A model generated the notes under the pieces. It searched no databases and had not been told where the DNA came from. It saw only the letters and a program-made list of their open reading frames with translations. 64,000 nucleotides of DNA from contig CAZMIO010000004.1 in the NCBI GenBank assembly GCA_964566535.1, forward strand, positions 1 through 64,000. Reading direction: 5' to 3'. This stretch comes from an uncultured Methanosarcinales archaeon. Its GTDB lineage: Archaea > Nanobdellota > Nanobdellia > Woesearchaeales > CAZOXR01. A program made the position numbers and the translations under genes. Numbering within the stretch: position 1 is the stretch's first letter; each line of letters begins with the position of its first letter. Of this stretch, positions 28,270 to 38,767 are shown piece after piece.

Positions 28270-28914
28270 ATGGCTTCTAAAATCAAATTAAAGGAGTTTC
28301 CAAAGAAGGAAACAAAACTAAACTTTAACCACATTATTTTGGCAGTAGTTGTTATAACACTTGCAGTTTCGATCTATACTTTGACTGAAGTAAATAAATT
28401 GAAAGGGGGAACTTCTGATGGACAAACAGTTTCTACAGAACAATTTTTAAGGATGTTAACTGCACATCCAGAGGCGAGTTCTTACGTAAACATACCCCCC
28501 TTGAATATAGTCAGAATAGATGAAACTAACTTAGCTAATATTCAAGCTCAGATTGAGGGTGTTGATCCAAGTTATATCGGTAAATACATCGTACAATATA
28601 CTGACAGATTAATCATTTATGATTTTGATAATGACATAGTTATTGGAAATGTGGATGTAGCGGCACCACAAAACTCACAATTACCTCAGGATTTTTCAGC
28701 CAAATTAGTTGCACATACTGAAGTAGCAGATGTTGCTAATGAAGATCCTTCAGGGGGACTACTTGATGCTGCTTCGCTTGATACACTAAGACAGCAATAT
28801 CCTGATGTTTATAAGGATGCTAAGGTTGGAGATTACCTGTTGAGATATAGTGATAGGCTAATCATATATGACTATCAGAATGATGCAGTGGTAGGGGCAT
28901 TTGCATTACGTTAA
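28270..28914 (+). CDS. Membrane-anchored protein with two tandem ~75-aa repeated domains
   Basis: N-terminal TM; LTAHPE...YTDRLIIYDFDNDIVIG and LVAHTE...YSDRLIIYDYQNDAVVG. Confidence 0.75.
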   Translation: MASKIKLKEFPKKETKLNFNHIILAVVVITLAVSIYTLTEVNKLKGGTSDGQTVSTEQFLRMLTAHPEASSYVNIPPLNIVRIDETNLANIQAQIEGVDPSYIGKYIVQYTDRLIIYDFDNDIVIGNVDVAAPQNSQLPQDFSAKLVAHTEVADVANEDPSGGLLDAASLDTLRQQYPDVYKDAKVGDYLLRYSDRLIIYDYQNDAVVGAFALR

Positions 28915-28942
28915 ATCAGGAAGCCAGAAATCTCGGACTGAC

Positions 28943-30598
28943 CTAATTTTTTTTTGAATTAAATAGCTCTGTTAAATTTAACTCTAATGCACATACTGGG
29001 ATGTCTAGACTGAAGTTTTCCAAAACTTTTGGAGAGACTTCTCCAATGTATGCTACTTTTTTATTGTTGACAATAACTCGCCCAACCCTTCCAGGAATGA
29101 ATGAGTCATGGTCAACGTCTTCTATCTCATAACTAATGTTTAATGATCTGAGCAGACAATCTAATATTTGTTTAATTTCGGTAAAATCAGCTTTTTCATG
29201 CGCTGAAAGGATGGCAACTCGCTCAAATTCATTTACTTTGCTAGTTTTCTTTGATGCAATTATTCCCTGTTCGAAAATCTTTTGAGGATACTCAACATGT
29301 TTGTTTTTGGATAGTACTTCAAAGAGGGAAGGGAGTATCCAGGACCTTACTGAGGAATACGTTTCAGAGACGGGATTTGAAAGTTCTATCGTTCCAGAGT
29401 TTTTTATATTCATCTTCCCATGGAGAATTTCCTTGTTTGTAAGAATTGGACTCATCACTTCGATGTAGCCTAATCCTACGGCCATTTCCCTAATCCGTTC
29501 TATTGAGCGAATCATTTGGCTAGTTTCCCCTATTGTGTAAGAGGTTAGTGGTTGTTCTTCTATTTTATTATACCCATAACTTATTGCAATGTCTTCTATT
29601 ATATCTACTGGATGTAAAATATCTTTTCTGAATGGTGGAATCTCAACTGTATTATTATCATAGTCATAATGAATTTTCTCTAATAGTTTCTTTATTTCAG
29701 CTTCCTTAAGATCCAAACCAATTAATTTTTTTACTTCATCCTTCCTTAGTTTTATTGTGTCATTAAACATATGGGGAGTAGTTATTTTTTTGTCTGAATA
29801 ATTTATTTCTAGTGAGTATATTTCGTATCCTCTGTCAAATAAAGCATATGCAAATATGTTTGTTGATAGAAGAACTGCATTTAAGTCAGTGCCTGTAACT
29901 TCAAATAATAAGTCTTCTTCTCCTTCTTCTACCTTCCCAGTTATTGCTGAATTAATTATAGGTGGGAAACTCAAGACCTGGTCTTTTGAGTCTAATAAGA
30001 TTGGATATTTTTTTTGGTCTTTTAATATCCAGGAATATTCCTTGCCTTTTGGATGTGATTCTAGGATTTCTTGTTGAGTCATTTCTCTTTTGAAGTCTAA
30101 TGGGGTAAATTTAACTGATTCAGGATTAGTTGCTTTATAGTGGATTGGAAATACAATTTTTTTGTATGAATATACTCCTATGGCTACCTTTTGACGTCTT
30201 CTACCAAAGTTTTCACAAAGTTTTTCTTGTAATTGGATCAATTGTTTGATTGAGTAATCATCTACCTTTTTTCCTTTAGCTACAAATCCTGCGATGAATG
30301 GCCTTACCTTAGAGACTGAATTATCTACAATTATTTTATAGTCTGACTTATTAATTTTTATTTTGGGAATTCCTTTTGTTTTTCCAAGGATACTTTTTAT
30401 TAATCTTGCAAATCCTTCTACTGACCACAAATATGGGAGATTAGTATCTCCAAAATCTATTTTTATCTCATCAGTTTCTTTGTCATAACCTTCAAAATCT
30501 CCCTTACCTAAATGGGCATAATCCCCGACTTCTTCTACTGATAGTTTCTTCCCTACTATGTTTTGCAAGTCTGTTAATGAAAATGTTATTGTTGGCAT
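28943..30598 (-). CDS. pheT: Phenylalanyl-tRNA synthetase beta subunit
   Basis: 'MPTITF', 'LSFPPIINS', 'RKDILHPVDIIEDIAISYGYN'. Confidence 0.96.
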   Translation of the reverse strand: MPTITFSLTDLQNIVGKKLSVEEVGDYAHLGKGDFEGYDKETDEIKIDFGDTNLPYLWSVEGFARLIKSILGKTKGIPKIKINKSDYKIIVDNSVSKVRPFIAGFVAKGKKVDDYSIKQLIQLQEKLCENFGRRRQKVAIGVYSYKKIVFPIHYKATNPESVKFTPLDFKREMTQQEILESHPKGKEYSWILKDQKKYPILLDSKDQVLSFPPIINSAITGKVEEGEEDLLFEVTGTDLNAVLLSTNIFAYALFDRGYEIYSLEINYSDKKITTPHMFNDTIKLRKDEVKKLIGLDLKEAEIKKLLEKIHYDYDNNTVEIPPFRKDILHPVDIIEDIAISYGYNKIEEQPLTSYTIGETSQMIRSIERIREMAVGLGYIEVMSPILTNKEILHGKMNIKNSGTIELSNPVSETYSSVRSWILPSLFEVLSKNKHVEYPQKIFEQGIIASKKTSKVNEFERVAILSAHEKADFTEIKQILDCLLRSLNISYEIEDVDHDSFIPGRVGRVIVNNKKVAYIGEVSPKVLENFSLDIPVCALELNLTELFNSKKN

Positions 30599-30601
30599 TT
30601 T

Positions 30602-32125
30602 TTAAATTACCTTACTAGTTCTTAATATATTTAGATCGTGAGTGAATAACTGTCTGATGTCTTTGATTCCTAAGTTAAACATTGCAATTCTATCTATACC
30701 TATTCCCCATGCCAAGACTGGGATTTCGCGTCCTAAGATTGGTTTTACTAGTTCTGGTCTGAATATTCCTGACCCTGCTAATTCAATCCATCCTAGTTCA
30801 GGATGTTTTGCATGGAGTTCTGCAGAAGGTTCTGTAAATGGAAAATATGCAGGAGTGATCTTTACTTGATCAGTTTTTGCAAATTCTTCTGCAAACATTT
30901 TTAGAAGACCCTTTAGATGTCTAAAGTCGAGATTTTCTTCAATTATTATTCCCTCTGTTTGAAAGAAATCTACGTTATGGGTAGCATCAATCACATCTGG
31001 TCTGAAGCAACGAGCTATTGAGAAATATTTTCCAGGAATCTTTAATTCTTTTGAAGCTAACATTCTTGCTGAGCAGGCAGTTCCTTGCGTCCTTAATAGG
31101 AGCTGTTTAGTTTTTTCTATATCAAATTTATACTGCCACCCTGTACTTATCGTCCCTGTTCCATTTTCATGAGATGCACGGACTTTGTCCATTAACTTTT
31201 GGTCAACTGAGCCTTGTTTTGGATCTTTTGTGTAGTATGCAGAATGTATATCTCTTGCTGAATGGTCTTGAGGCATGAATAATGCATCCATATTCCAGAA
31301 TTCCGTTTCAATAATCTTACCAAACATTTCAGTAAAACCTAACGAAAGAAATTTTTGTCTAACTTCATCAAGAAATCTTCTGTAATGTTGCTTCCTCCCT
31401 CCATGTATTGAAGGAACATTAATTTTTATGTCATACCTTCTAAACTCCTTGTTCTTCCAAGATTGATTTTTAATCATCAGAGGAGTTAGGCGTTCTGTTA
31501 ATTCTCTGAGGAGCGTTTTTGATTTAGCAACCTTTTTACCTAGTTCAGTTAGTTCTACAGATTTAAGTTTTTGGAGAACTATTTTGACAACATCTTTTCT
31601 GGATTTTAGATTTTCTAACGCAAATTTTTCTTCGTCTTTTAACGAAGCTATATCCATTGGAAACTGTTTTTTCAACAGTTCTTCTTCTAAAAGTTCTTTT
31701 TTAAGAAGAGACTTGCCTTGTTCAGTAAGCGAAATTGTAAGTCCTTTTTCTTTCTTAATATTAATCGCCGCTTTTTTTCTCAGAATCCCCAAACAGATAT
31801 TCACTTCTTCTTTTGAAATCCCAGAATCTTTAGTTATGTCTTGGATTAATGAGCCTTTTTCTTTTATCGCTGCTAGGAATCTTTTCTCAGGCAATCCTTT
31901 TTTGATATATGATCGCCCATTTCCCCCTAGTTCAATAACTTCTTTTACTTCTTCTTTTATCTTTATAACTTCCTTATTTTGTAGCCATTGCAATGCACGC
32001 ATGACTTCAACCTCTTGAAGTCCTGACTTATCAGTTATATCCTTGAACTGAATATGCTTTTCCAAAAGAGGTAGAACTTTTCTTTCTAATGGATGTAACG
32101 TATCAGCAAGTTTTTTTATGTCCAT
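30602..32125 (-). CDS. pheS: Phenylalanyl-tRNA synthetase alpha subunit (archaeal long form)
   Basis: 'FWNMDALFMPQDHSARD', 'FRPDVIDATH', 'YFPFTEPS', 'GIGIDRIAM'. Confidence 0.97.
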   Translation of the reverse strand: MDIKKLADTLHPLERKVLPLLEKHIQFKDITDKSGLQEVEVMRALQWLQNKEVIKIKEEVKEVIELGGNGRSYIKKGLPEKRFLAAIKEKGSLIQDITKDSGISKEEVNICLGILRKKAAINIKKEKGLTISLTEQGKSLLKKELLEEELLKKQFPMDIASLKDEEKFALENLKSRKDVVKIVLQKLKSVELTELGKKVAKSKTLLRELTERLTPLMIKNQSWKNKEFRRYDIKINVPSIHGGRKQHYRRFLDEVRQKFLSLGFTEMFGKIIETEFWNMDALFMPQDHSARDIHSAYYTKDPKQGSVDQKLMDKVRASHENGTGTISTGWQYKFDIEKTKQLLLRTQGTACSARMLASKELKIPGKYFSIARCFRPDVIDATHNVDFFQTEGIIIEENLDFRHLKGLLKMFAEEFAKTDQVKITPAYFPFTEPSAELHAKHPELGWIELAGSGIFRPELVKPILGREIPVLAWGIGIDRIAMFNLGIKDIRQLFTHDLNILRTSKVI

Positions 32126-32126
32126 A

Positions 32127-32936
32127 TTAATACCCCTTTGGGTAGGATCCTAATATTTTTAAGTGAAATTCTTTTTTAACTATTTCTAAGGCCTCTTTTA
32201 CTTTGGCATCATCCACATGGCCTTTATGATCTATAAAAAAGAAATAATCTCCTAATTTACTTTTTGTAGGTCTTGATTCTATCTTGTTTAGGTTAATTTC
32301 TCTCTCTGAAAAAATACCTAAAAGGGAATGTAATAATCCTGGTTTGTCTACTTGTGGATAAATTACAATGCTAGTTTTGTCATTTCCTGTTTTTTTAGCT
32401 TTACTTTTGGAGATTATTATGAATCTTGTAGTGTTGTGTTTGTTATCTTGGATATCTTTTTTTAATATTTTAATGTTGTAGATTTCTGCTGCTATTTTTG
32501 AGACTATTGCGGCTTTTGTTTTATCCTTCTTTCTAATTAATTTTTCTGCAGATTCTCCATTTGATATTGTTTGAGTAATCTCCGAATTTTTGAAATTCCT
32601 TCTTATGAACTTTATGCATTGGGCATATGTCTGAGGATGAGCATAAATAGTAGTTATATCTTTTATACTTCCTAAACTAACTAGATTATGACTTACCGGA
32701 ATTATTGTCTCAGCAATAATATTTAAGTCGAATTCAATTAGTCCATCTAACGTAAGGCCAACAGTCCCACCAATAGAATTTTCAATTGGGACAATCCCTA
32801 CCTCTGCATCTTCATTTTCAACTGAATTAAATATGTCCCATATTGTCTTTTTGAAGATTATTTCTGATTTAGGATTATAACTAAGGGTAGCCTGATGGCT
32901 AAATGTTCCTTTTGGTCCTAATGTGGCTATTTTCAT
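32127..32936 (-). CDS. pheA: Prephenate dehydratase
   Basis: 'LGPKGTFS', 'VPIENSIGG', 'NTTRF', ACT 'IESRP', 'LGSYP'. Confidence 0.96.
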   Translation of the reverse strand: MKIATLGPKGTFSHQATLSYNPKSEIIFKKTIWDIFNSVENEDAEVGIVPIENSIGGTVGLTLDGLIEFDLNIIAETIIPVSHNLVSLGSIKDITTIYAHPQTYAQCIKFIRRNFKNSEITQTISNGESAEKLIRKKDKTKAAIVSKIAAEIYNIKILKKDIQDNKHNTTRFIIISKSKAKKTGNDKTSIVIYPQVDKPGLLHSLLGIFSEREINLNKIESRPTKSKLGDYFFFIDHKGHVDDAKVKEALEIVKKEFHLKILGSYPKGY

Positions 32937-33787
32937 TTTTTCTTACTGTCTTTTTCAACTAATTTTTCAATTATAAAATCCGAATATTCTGAAGCCTTCT
33001 TCTTGAATGAATTTAAGTGCCTGGATGCAGAATTAAAAAACCCTACAAACGCTTTTGTGTCTTTTTTCTTAATGATCTTTCTTAGTTTTTTAGTGGAATT
33101 AGAAAACTCTCTAATTACCCTGTTTGTTTGAGGGTTTAAGATTTCAATGTCTGCATATAATTTTGGATCCTGATTTAGGATTCTTCCAATTACATCCATT
33201 CTTAGTTTGTATACAGGAGAACTATATTCTAATGCTTCGTCAATATTCACATTTAGTTCTTTTAGTGTATGTCCTAGGGATATTGCACTAAAATGGATAA
33301 TCCCCTGGATTATAGACATCATTTTATCATGCTTTTCTGGTGTAGTTATCTTTACTTTAGCTTTATTTTTTTCTAGAATATTTTTTAGCCAATTAAACCA
33401 TCTGCTACCCCTAGCTTTGCACAGTACAACTACTTGATTTTTTATTGTTTTGATACTTGGACCAAATATTGGGTGAGTACCTACAACTTCTGATTTTGAA
33501 TAACGGAGCATCGCTTTTACTGGATCACGTTTAAGAGATGTTAAGTCCATGATTGCCGCATCTTTTCTTATGTGTGGTGCTATCTTTTTGATTACATTCA
33601 ACGTATCGCTTATTGGGACCGTTATAACTACAACGTCAGACTGCTTTGCACATTCAATTGGGTTAAGTTTTGTCTTCCTCCCTGAGATTAATACTTCACA
33701 GTTATTAATCTCAAAGAATTTCTTGAACCATTGGCCCATTTGGCCTGTTCCGCCAATTATTCCTACAATAACTTTTTTATTCTTCAA
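32933..33787 (-). CDS. tyrA: Prephenate dehydrogenase
   Basis: 'GIIGGTGQMGQWF', 'DLTSLK', 'HPIFGP', 'HDKMMSIIQG'. Confidence 0.93.
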   Translation of the reverse strand: MKNKKVIVGIIGGTGQMGQWFKKFFEINNCEVLISGRKTKLNPIECAKQSDVVVITVPISDTLNVIKKIAPHIRKDAAIMDLTSLKRDPVKAMLRYSKSEVVGTHPIFGPSIKTIKNQVVVLCKARGSRWFNWLKNILEKNKAKVKITTPEKHDKMMSIIQGIIHFSAISLGHTLKELNVNIDEALEYSSPVYKLRMDVIGRILNQDPKLYADIEILNPQTNRVIREFSNSTKKLRKIIKKKDTKAFVGFFNSASRHLNSFKKKASEYSDFIIEKLVEKDSKKK

Positions 33788-33788
33788 A

Positions 33789-34943
33789 TTAATCGTTCTC
33801 CTTAAGCTTGGTCCACTTCTTATCTAATCTTGCCATGGAATCATACGCTCTTGCTAAATACAACGAGTCCAGAACTGCAATTGCAGCCATGGCTTCTGCC
33901 ACTGCATAGAGCCTTCCACATAAGGTAGGGTCTCTTCTTGTTATCGGTGATAGTTTTTCTTCCTTCATTGTTTTCATGTTAATTGATGTTTGGTCTAATG
34001 AGATTGTAGGTGTTGGTTTTACCGCTATTCTCATTACTATGTCTTCTCCTGTTGTTATGCCCCCCAGGATCCCCCCTGCATTGTTTGTATGGAACTTAAC
34101 CTTTCCATTTTTTAGATAGGGTTGGTCGTTGTTATCAGAGCCCCTCATGTTGCCTACTTTGAAGCCTGCTCCAAACTCAATTCCTTTTACCGCGCCAATG
34201 GATGAGAGTGCATGTGCTAAGTTAGCATTTATTTTATCAAAAACGGGTTCTCCTAATCCACCAGGTACATTATGGATTATTATTTCTATTATTCCTCCTG
34301 CCGTATCACCATCATTTTTAATATCTATAATGTCTTTTTCCATCTGTTTTGCTGCTTCTAAATCTGGACAGTTGATTTCATTTTTCCTGTAGTTCCTTTT
34401 TATCTCTTCAAATGACATATCTTTTGCTTTGACTCCCATAGATTCTTTTGTGTATGCAATTACTTCGATACCTTCTCTTTTTAGAAGATATTTTGCCACT
34501 GCACCGCCTGCTACTCTTGTTACTGTTTCTCTTCCAGATGCCCTTCCTGCTCCGCACCAGTCTTGCGCTTCACCGTATTTTAAAAAGAAAGGATATGTCG
34601 CATGGCCTGGCCTGAATATGTCTTTGTATTGATGGTATTGGTCAATGTGGACTTTTTGAGTGTCTACGTTGTAAATCATAATCCCTAAGGGCGCCCCTGT
34701 TGTTACTCCATCTTGGCCAAGACCGGCAAATATTGAGCATTGGTCTATCTCTTTTCTTGGAGAATTTAGTTTTCCAACCCCAGGTTTCCTCTTATCTAAT
34801 TCTTCTTGTATAACTTGATCTGTAATCTTTAATCCTGGTGGAACACCATCTACTATAACAGATAATCCTGAACCTTTTCCAATACCATAAGATTCACCAC
34901 AAGTAGTAATTCTAAATATTCTTCCGAATGAGTTTCCTAACAT
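33789..34943 (-). CDS. aroC: Chorismate synthase
   Basis: 'RPGHA', 'GRASGRET', 'NNAGGILGGITTG', 'AVKPTPTI'. Confidence 0.95.
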   Translation of the reverse strand: MLGNSFGRIFRITTCGESYGIGKGSGLSVIVDGVPPGLKITDQVIQEELDKRKPGVGKLNSPRKEIDQCSIFAGLGQDGVTTGAPLGIMIYNVDTQKVHIDQYHQYKDIFRPGHATYPFFLKYGEAQDWCGAGRASGRETVTRVAGGAVAKYLLKREGIEVIAYTKESMGVKAKDMSFEEIKRNYRKNEINCPDLEAAKQMEKDIIDIKNDGDTAGGIIEIIIHNVPGGLGEPVFDKINANLAHALSSIGAVKGIEFGAGFKVGNMRGSDNNDQPYLKNGKVKFHTNNAGGILGGITTGEDIVMRIAVKPTPTISLDQTSINMKTMKEEKLSPITRRDPTLCGRLYAVAEAMAAIAVLDSLYLARAYDSMARLDKKWTKLKEND

Positions 34944-34944
34944 T

Positions 34945-36216
34945 TTATATTACCTCCATATTTGCGTTTAGTTTTTTCATGAGTTTAATGTAACTAGGGA
35001 ATGTTACGTCAATTGCCTCTGCAGTCCCTATTTCAGTTTGGCCATCTGCTATTAGACCTGCTAGTGATAGTGCCATTACAACGCGGTGGTCGTGATGGCC
35101 GTTTACTCTTGCTCCTTTTAATCTCGAATGTTTAATTATTAACCCATCCGGTTTCTCCTTGATATCTGCCCCCATTTTTGAGAGTTCTTGCTTCATTATC
35201 TTAATTCTATCTGTTTCTTTTATCCTAGCATGACCTACATTGTTTATTGTAGTGGTTCCTTTTGCATAACATGCCAAGATTGAAACTGCAGGTAATGCAT
35301 CAGGGGTGTGGTTTAGGTCAAGTGCAGTTCCTTTTAATTCTGTCCCTTTTATTCGAACTTTATTTTCACTTATCTTGATGTTTGCCCCCATTTTCTTTAA
35401 GTAATCTATTATTTGTTTGTCTCCTTGTGAGTCTTTTATGTCTAATCCAGTTAAGGTCACATCAGACTCAGTTATTGCCGCTGCAACTAATGGGAATGCT
35501 GCTGAAGACCAGTCTGATGGGATGGATTTATTGAATGGTTTGTATTTCTGGTTTCCATAGATTTTGAATTCTGATAAGTTTTTGTTCTCATATCTTATTT
35601 TTTGTTCATCAAGCCAACCCAAAGTCAGCTCAATATAGGGAGTTTCACATAAGTTTTTCACTTTAATTTGGGTGTCGTTTTTTATCAGTGGGCAAGCAAT
35701 CAACAAACTAGACACATATTGAGAGCTTTTACAATTAATTGTAGTTGTGCCTCCCTTCATTGGACCTTCGATTTTGATTGGAGGGCAATTATTGTTATTT
35801 AATGAATCTGCCTTTGCCCCTAAATTATTTAGTGCATCTAATAATGGCTGAACTGGTCTTTTTTGGAGTGAAGAATCCCCATTTAATGTTATTGGAAAGT
35901 CTCCTAGTGCAGCAACTGAAGTGAGCAGGTTAATTGATGTTCCGCTGTTTAGTAAGTTCAGTTCTTTTTTTGGTTGTTTGGGTTGCCCATTAAATCCTTT
36001 GATGATTAATGTAGTGTCTCTCTTTTCTATTTCTGCACCAACTGCCAGACATCCATCAATTGCCGCCTTTGTATCTGCAGAATCTAATGAATTTTTTATT
36101 TTTGAGGTGCCCTCTGCTAATGAAGCTATCACTATCGCTCTGATTGTATGTGATTTTGAGGCAGGTATCTGTATTTCGCCTTTCAGTTTTTTTGTTGGTT
36201 TTACAATTAGTTTCAT
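34945..36216 (-). CDS. aroA: EPSP synthase
   Basis: 'PASKSHTIRA', 'NSGT', 'SSQYVSSLL', 'RIKETDRI', 'DHRVVMA'. Confidence 0.96.
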   Translation of the reverse strand: MKLIVKPTKKLKGEIQIPASKSHTIRAIVIASLAEGTSKIKNSLDSADTKAAIDGCLAVGAEIEKRDTTLIIKGFNGQPKQPKKELNLLNSGTSINLLTSVAALGDFPITLNGDSSLQKRPVQPLLDALNNLGAKADSLNNNNCPPIKIEGPMKGGTTTINCKSSQYVSSLLIACPLIKNDTQIKVKNLCETPYIELTLGWLDEQKIRYENKNLSEFKIYGNQKYKPFNKSIPSDWSSAAFPLVAAAITESDVTLTGLDIKDSQGDKQIIDYLKKMGANIKISENKVRIKGTELKGTALDLNHTPDALPAVSILACYAKGTTTINNVGHARIKETDRIKIMKQELSKMGADIKEKPDGLIIKHSRLKGARVNGHHDHRVVMALSLAGLIADGQTEIGTAEAIDVTFPSYIKLMKKLNANMEVI

Positions 36217-36217
36217 T

Positions 36218-37630
36218 TTAGTTAAACAATTTAAATTGTTCTTGAGCCTGGTAGGTAAACATTTTTTCTCCCGAAATTGTTTTTAGCTTTAGTGATTTTG
36301 CATCTTTTAGGAGTTGTGTTATTGGGGGAGTATAGACAGAATCAAAGACTACTGAAGAAGACACAGTTATTTTTTTCAGAATTTGTTTTGTTATTGGTGC
36401 TTTTTTGCTTTTCATTCCAATTGAGGTTGCATTTATTAGAATATCTATACCTTTCAGATTTTTAATTTGGTTGATATTTATTGATTTACAGCTTATTTGT
36501 TTTGCAAGAGCAGTAGCCTTACTTACTGTTCTGTTTGTGATGATAATCTGGCCCCTTTCTTTTTTAACTCCATAAGCAATTGCTTTTGAAACTCCACCCG
36601 CCCCAATAATCAGTACATTCTTATTTTTTATAGCTGTCTTTTCCTTTATTGCCTTTATTGCTCCAACATAATCTGTGTTGTAGCCGATAAGTTTGTTGTT
36701 CTTTTTAATTACTGTATTAACTGCTCCAATCTTCTTTGCAGTAGGTTCGATTTTATTCAGGTAGGGCATGATTGTTTTTTTATGAGGGATAGTAATACTT
36801 AATCCACTGATAATTTCCCTGTAGTTTTTTATGAATTCTTTTATGTTACTAACTAAAAAATTTACATAGATTTTGTTTTGCTTTAACTTTCCAAAGTTTT
36901 TGTTGTGCACTATAATCCCTTTGCTGTGCGATACTGGATTTCCAACTAATCCATAAATCTTTGGAGACTTAAGCTTGCAAATGTTGTATGTTTTGATTAA
37001 TGCTTCTGCAGTAAGTTGCCCTGGTGCTGATTCCCTTTCTTTGTTTAATGAAGCGAATGTTAGTTGAGCCCCAATTAGTGGTGAGAGAATCCTTGAAATC
37101 TCACCTTTTCCACCCATACAAAGAGCAATGATCTTTTTGTTTTGTTTTTTAGCTTTTTTTATTAGGTTTAGGATTTTTATATTGTCATTTATTGAATTTG
37201 CATGTGTTACTATTTTGATTATGTCCGGTTTATGGGATTTTATTTTTTTGTATATTGCTTCTAGATTTTTAGGAGTTTGTTTGAAGTTGTGGTACGAAAT
37301 AATCACCTTAGTCTTCTTTTTGTTTCTAATTAAGTCTTTGATGGTACCCTCCCCAGAAGAAAGTTCAATATCAATGTAATCTGCCTTTAGTTCGATTGCT
37401 TTTTTTAGAAGCCCGATTCTAGCTTTGTTTTCAATTGCATTTCCACCTTCACCTTTTTTCCTATTTGTAACTATAATTGGTTTTTTAGTTAATTTTATTA
37501 GTTTTTCCAGAAGTTCTTCAGATGGTTTTATCAAATCTAATCTCAATTCTATTATGTCTGCTAGTCTCAAAGCTAGCTTAATGTCTTTTAATGCTTTGTT
37601 GCCTAGTGAAACTATTGGTATACAGATCAT
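36218..37630 (-). CDS. aroE: Fused type I 3-dehydroquinate dehydratase / shikimate dehydrogenase (AroD-AroE)
   Basis: N-terminal 'IELRLD...SYHNF...APGQ'; C-terminal 'GNPVSHS', 'TIPHK', 'GAVNT', 'GYNTD', 'GAGG'. Confidence 0.92.
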   Translation of the reverse strand: MICIPIVSLGNKALKDIKLALRLADIIELRLDLIKPSEELLEKLIKLTKKPIIVTNRKKGEGGNAIENKARIGLLKKAIELKADYIDIELSSGEGTIKDLIRNKKKTKVIISYHNFKQTPKNLEAIYKKIKSHKPDIIKIVTHANSINDNIKILNLIKKAKKQNKKIIALCMGGKGEISRILSPLIGAQLTFASLNKERESAPGQLTAEALIKTYNICKLKSPKIYGLVGNPVSHSKGIIVHNKNFGKLKQNKIYVNFLVSNIKEFIKNYREIISGLSITIPHKKTIMPYLNKIEPTAKKIGAVNTVIKKNNKLIGYNTDYVGAIKAIKEKTAIKNKNVLIIGAGGVSKAIAYGVKKERGQIIITNRTVSKATALAKQISCKSININQIKNLKGIDILINATSIGMKSKKAPITKQILKKITVSSSVVFDSVYTPPITQLLKDAKSLKLKTISGEKMFTYQAQEQFKLFN

Positions 37631-37659
37631 TTAACCACCCAAATTTAACTCACTGATTG

Positions 37660-38763
37660 TTAAGACTCTTTTAGTGCACTGATAATCACTTTTTTATCAA
37701 TTGTTAAACCATATTTTTTATCAATTGTTTTCATCGTGCCTATTTTGTTTGGAAGTGTGAATTGAGGAATACCTAAAACTGATTTTTTATCTTTCTTAAG
37801 TTCATTTATGATTTTATTTGGTTGTATTCTAGGCATCTTTGTTTGAAGACCAAGTTTTTCAAACAAATTAATCTGCCTTTCTAATTCTTTTTTAGATAAC
37901 CACCCTAATTTGTTTGAAATTATAGATTCAACTATCATCCCAATTGAAATTGCCTGTCCATGAGAGTATTTTTTGTAGTGAGTAAGAGTTTCTAACGCAT
38001 GACCTATTGTGTGACCATAATTCACAATCTTCCTTAGATTCTTTTCTCTTTCATCTTCCTGTACTATTTTTGCTTTGATCTGACAGTTTCTCTTTACAAG
38101 TTTTGTTAATGTTTTTTCATCTTTGTTCAGGATTTTATCTATATTTTTTTCAATGAAACCAAATAATTGCTTATCTCTGATTATTGCATGCTTCACAATC
38201 TCTGCAAGACCATTCAGCAGCTCCTTTTTGGGCAGATTTTTAAGTAATGAGATGTCTATGTATACTGCTTTTGGCTGGTAGAAAGCACCACATGAATTTT
38301 TTCCCTGCTTAAGGTCAATTGCAACTTTTCCACCTATTGATGAATCTACTTGCGCTAATAGTGAAGTAGGAATCTGGATGTAGTTTATACCTCTCATGTA
38401 AGTTGCTGCAACAAATCCTGCAATGTCCCCTACAACCCCTCCGCCCAATGCAATGATTACAGAATCTCTATCAAGTTCAAGTTTGTGTGCAGACTCAATT
38501 AGTTGATTGTATGTAGAGATATTTTTACTTTGTTCCCCTGCTTTGAAAGAGATAATATCTACATTTAGTTTTTTGTTTCTTAAGTCTTTCAGAAGTTTAT
38601 TCCCAAAAAGTTTCCTTATATTGTTATCAGTAATAATCAAGTATCTGTTTGCCAACCTCTTCTTTTTTAGAATAGTTGGAATCTTACTCAGTACACCGCT
38701 TCCTATCAGAATGTCATAGGAATTATCCTGTGCCTTTTTAAGATTGAGGTGGACAGTTTCCAT
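37660..38763 (-). CDS. aroB: 3-dehydroquinate synthase (bacterial type)
   Basis: 'GGGVVGDIAGFVAATYMRG', 'VDSSIGGK', 'NYGHTIGHALE'. Confidence 0.96.
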   Translation of the reverse strand: METVHLNLKKAQDNSYDILIGSGVLSKIPTILKKKRLANRYLIITDNNIRKLFGNKLLKDLRNKKLNVDIISFKAGEQSKNISTYNQLIESAHKLELDRDSVIIALGGGVVGDIAGFVAATYMRGINYIQIPTSLLAQVDSSIGGKVAIDLKQGKNSCGAFYQPKAVYIDISLLKNLPKKELLNGLAEIVKHAIIRDKQLFGFIEKNIDKILNKDEKTLTKLVKRNCQIKAKIVQEDEREKNLRKIVNYGHTIGHALETLTHYKKYSHGQAISIGMIVESIISNKLGWLSKKELERQINLFEKLGLQTKMPRIQPNKIINELKKDKKSVLGIPQFTLPNKIGTMKTIDKKYGLTIDKKVIISALKES

Positions 38764-38767
38764 GGTT

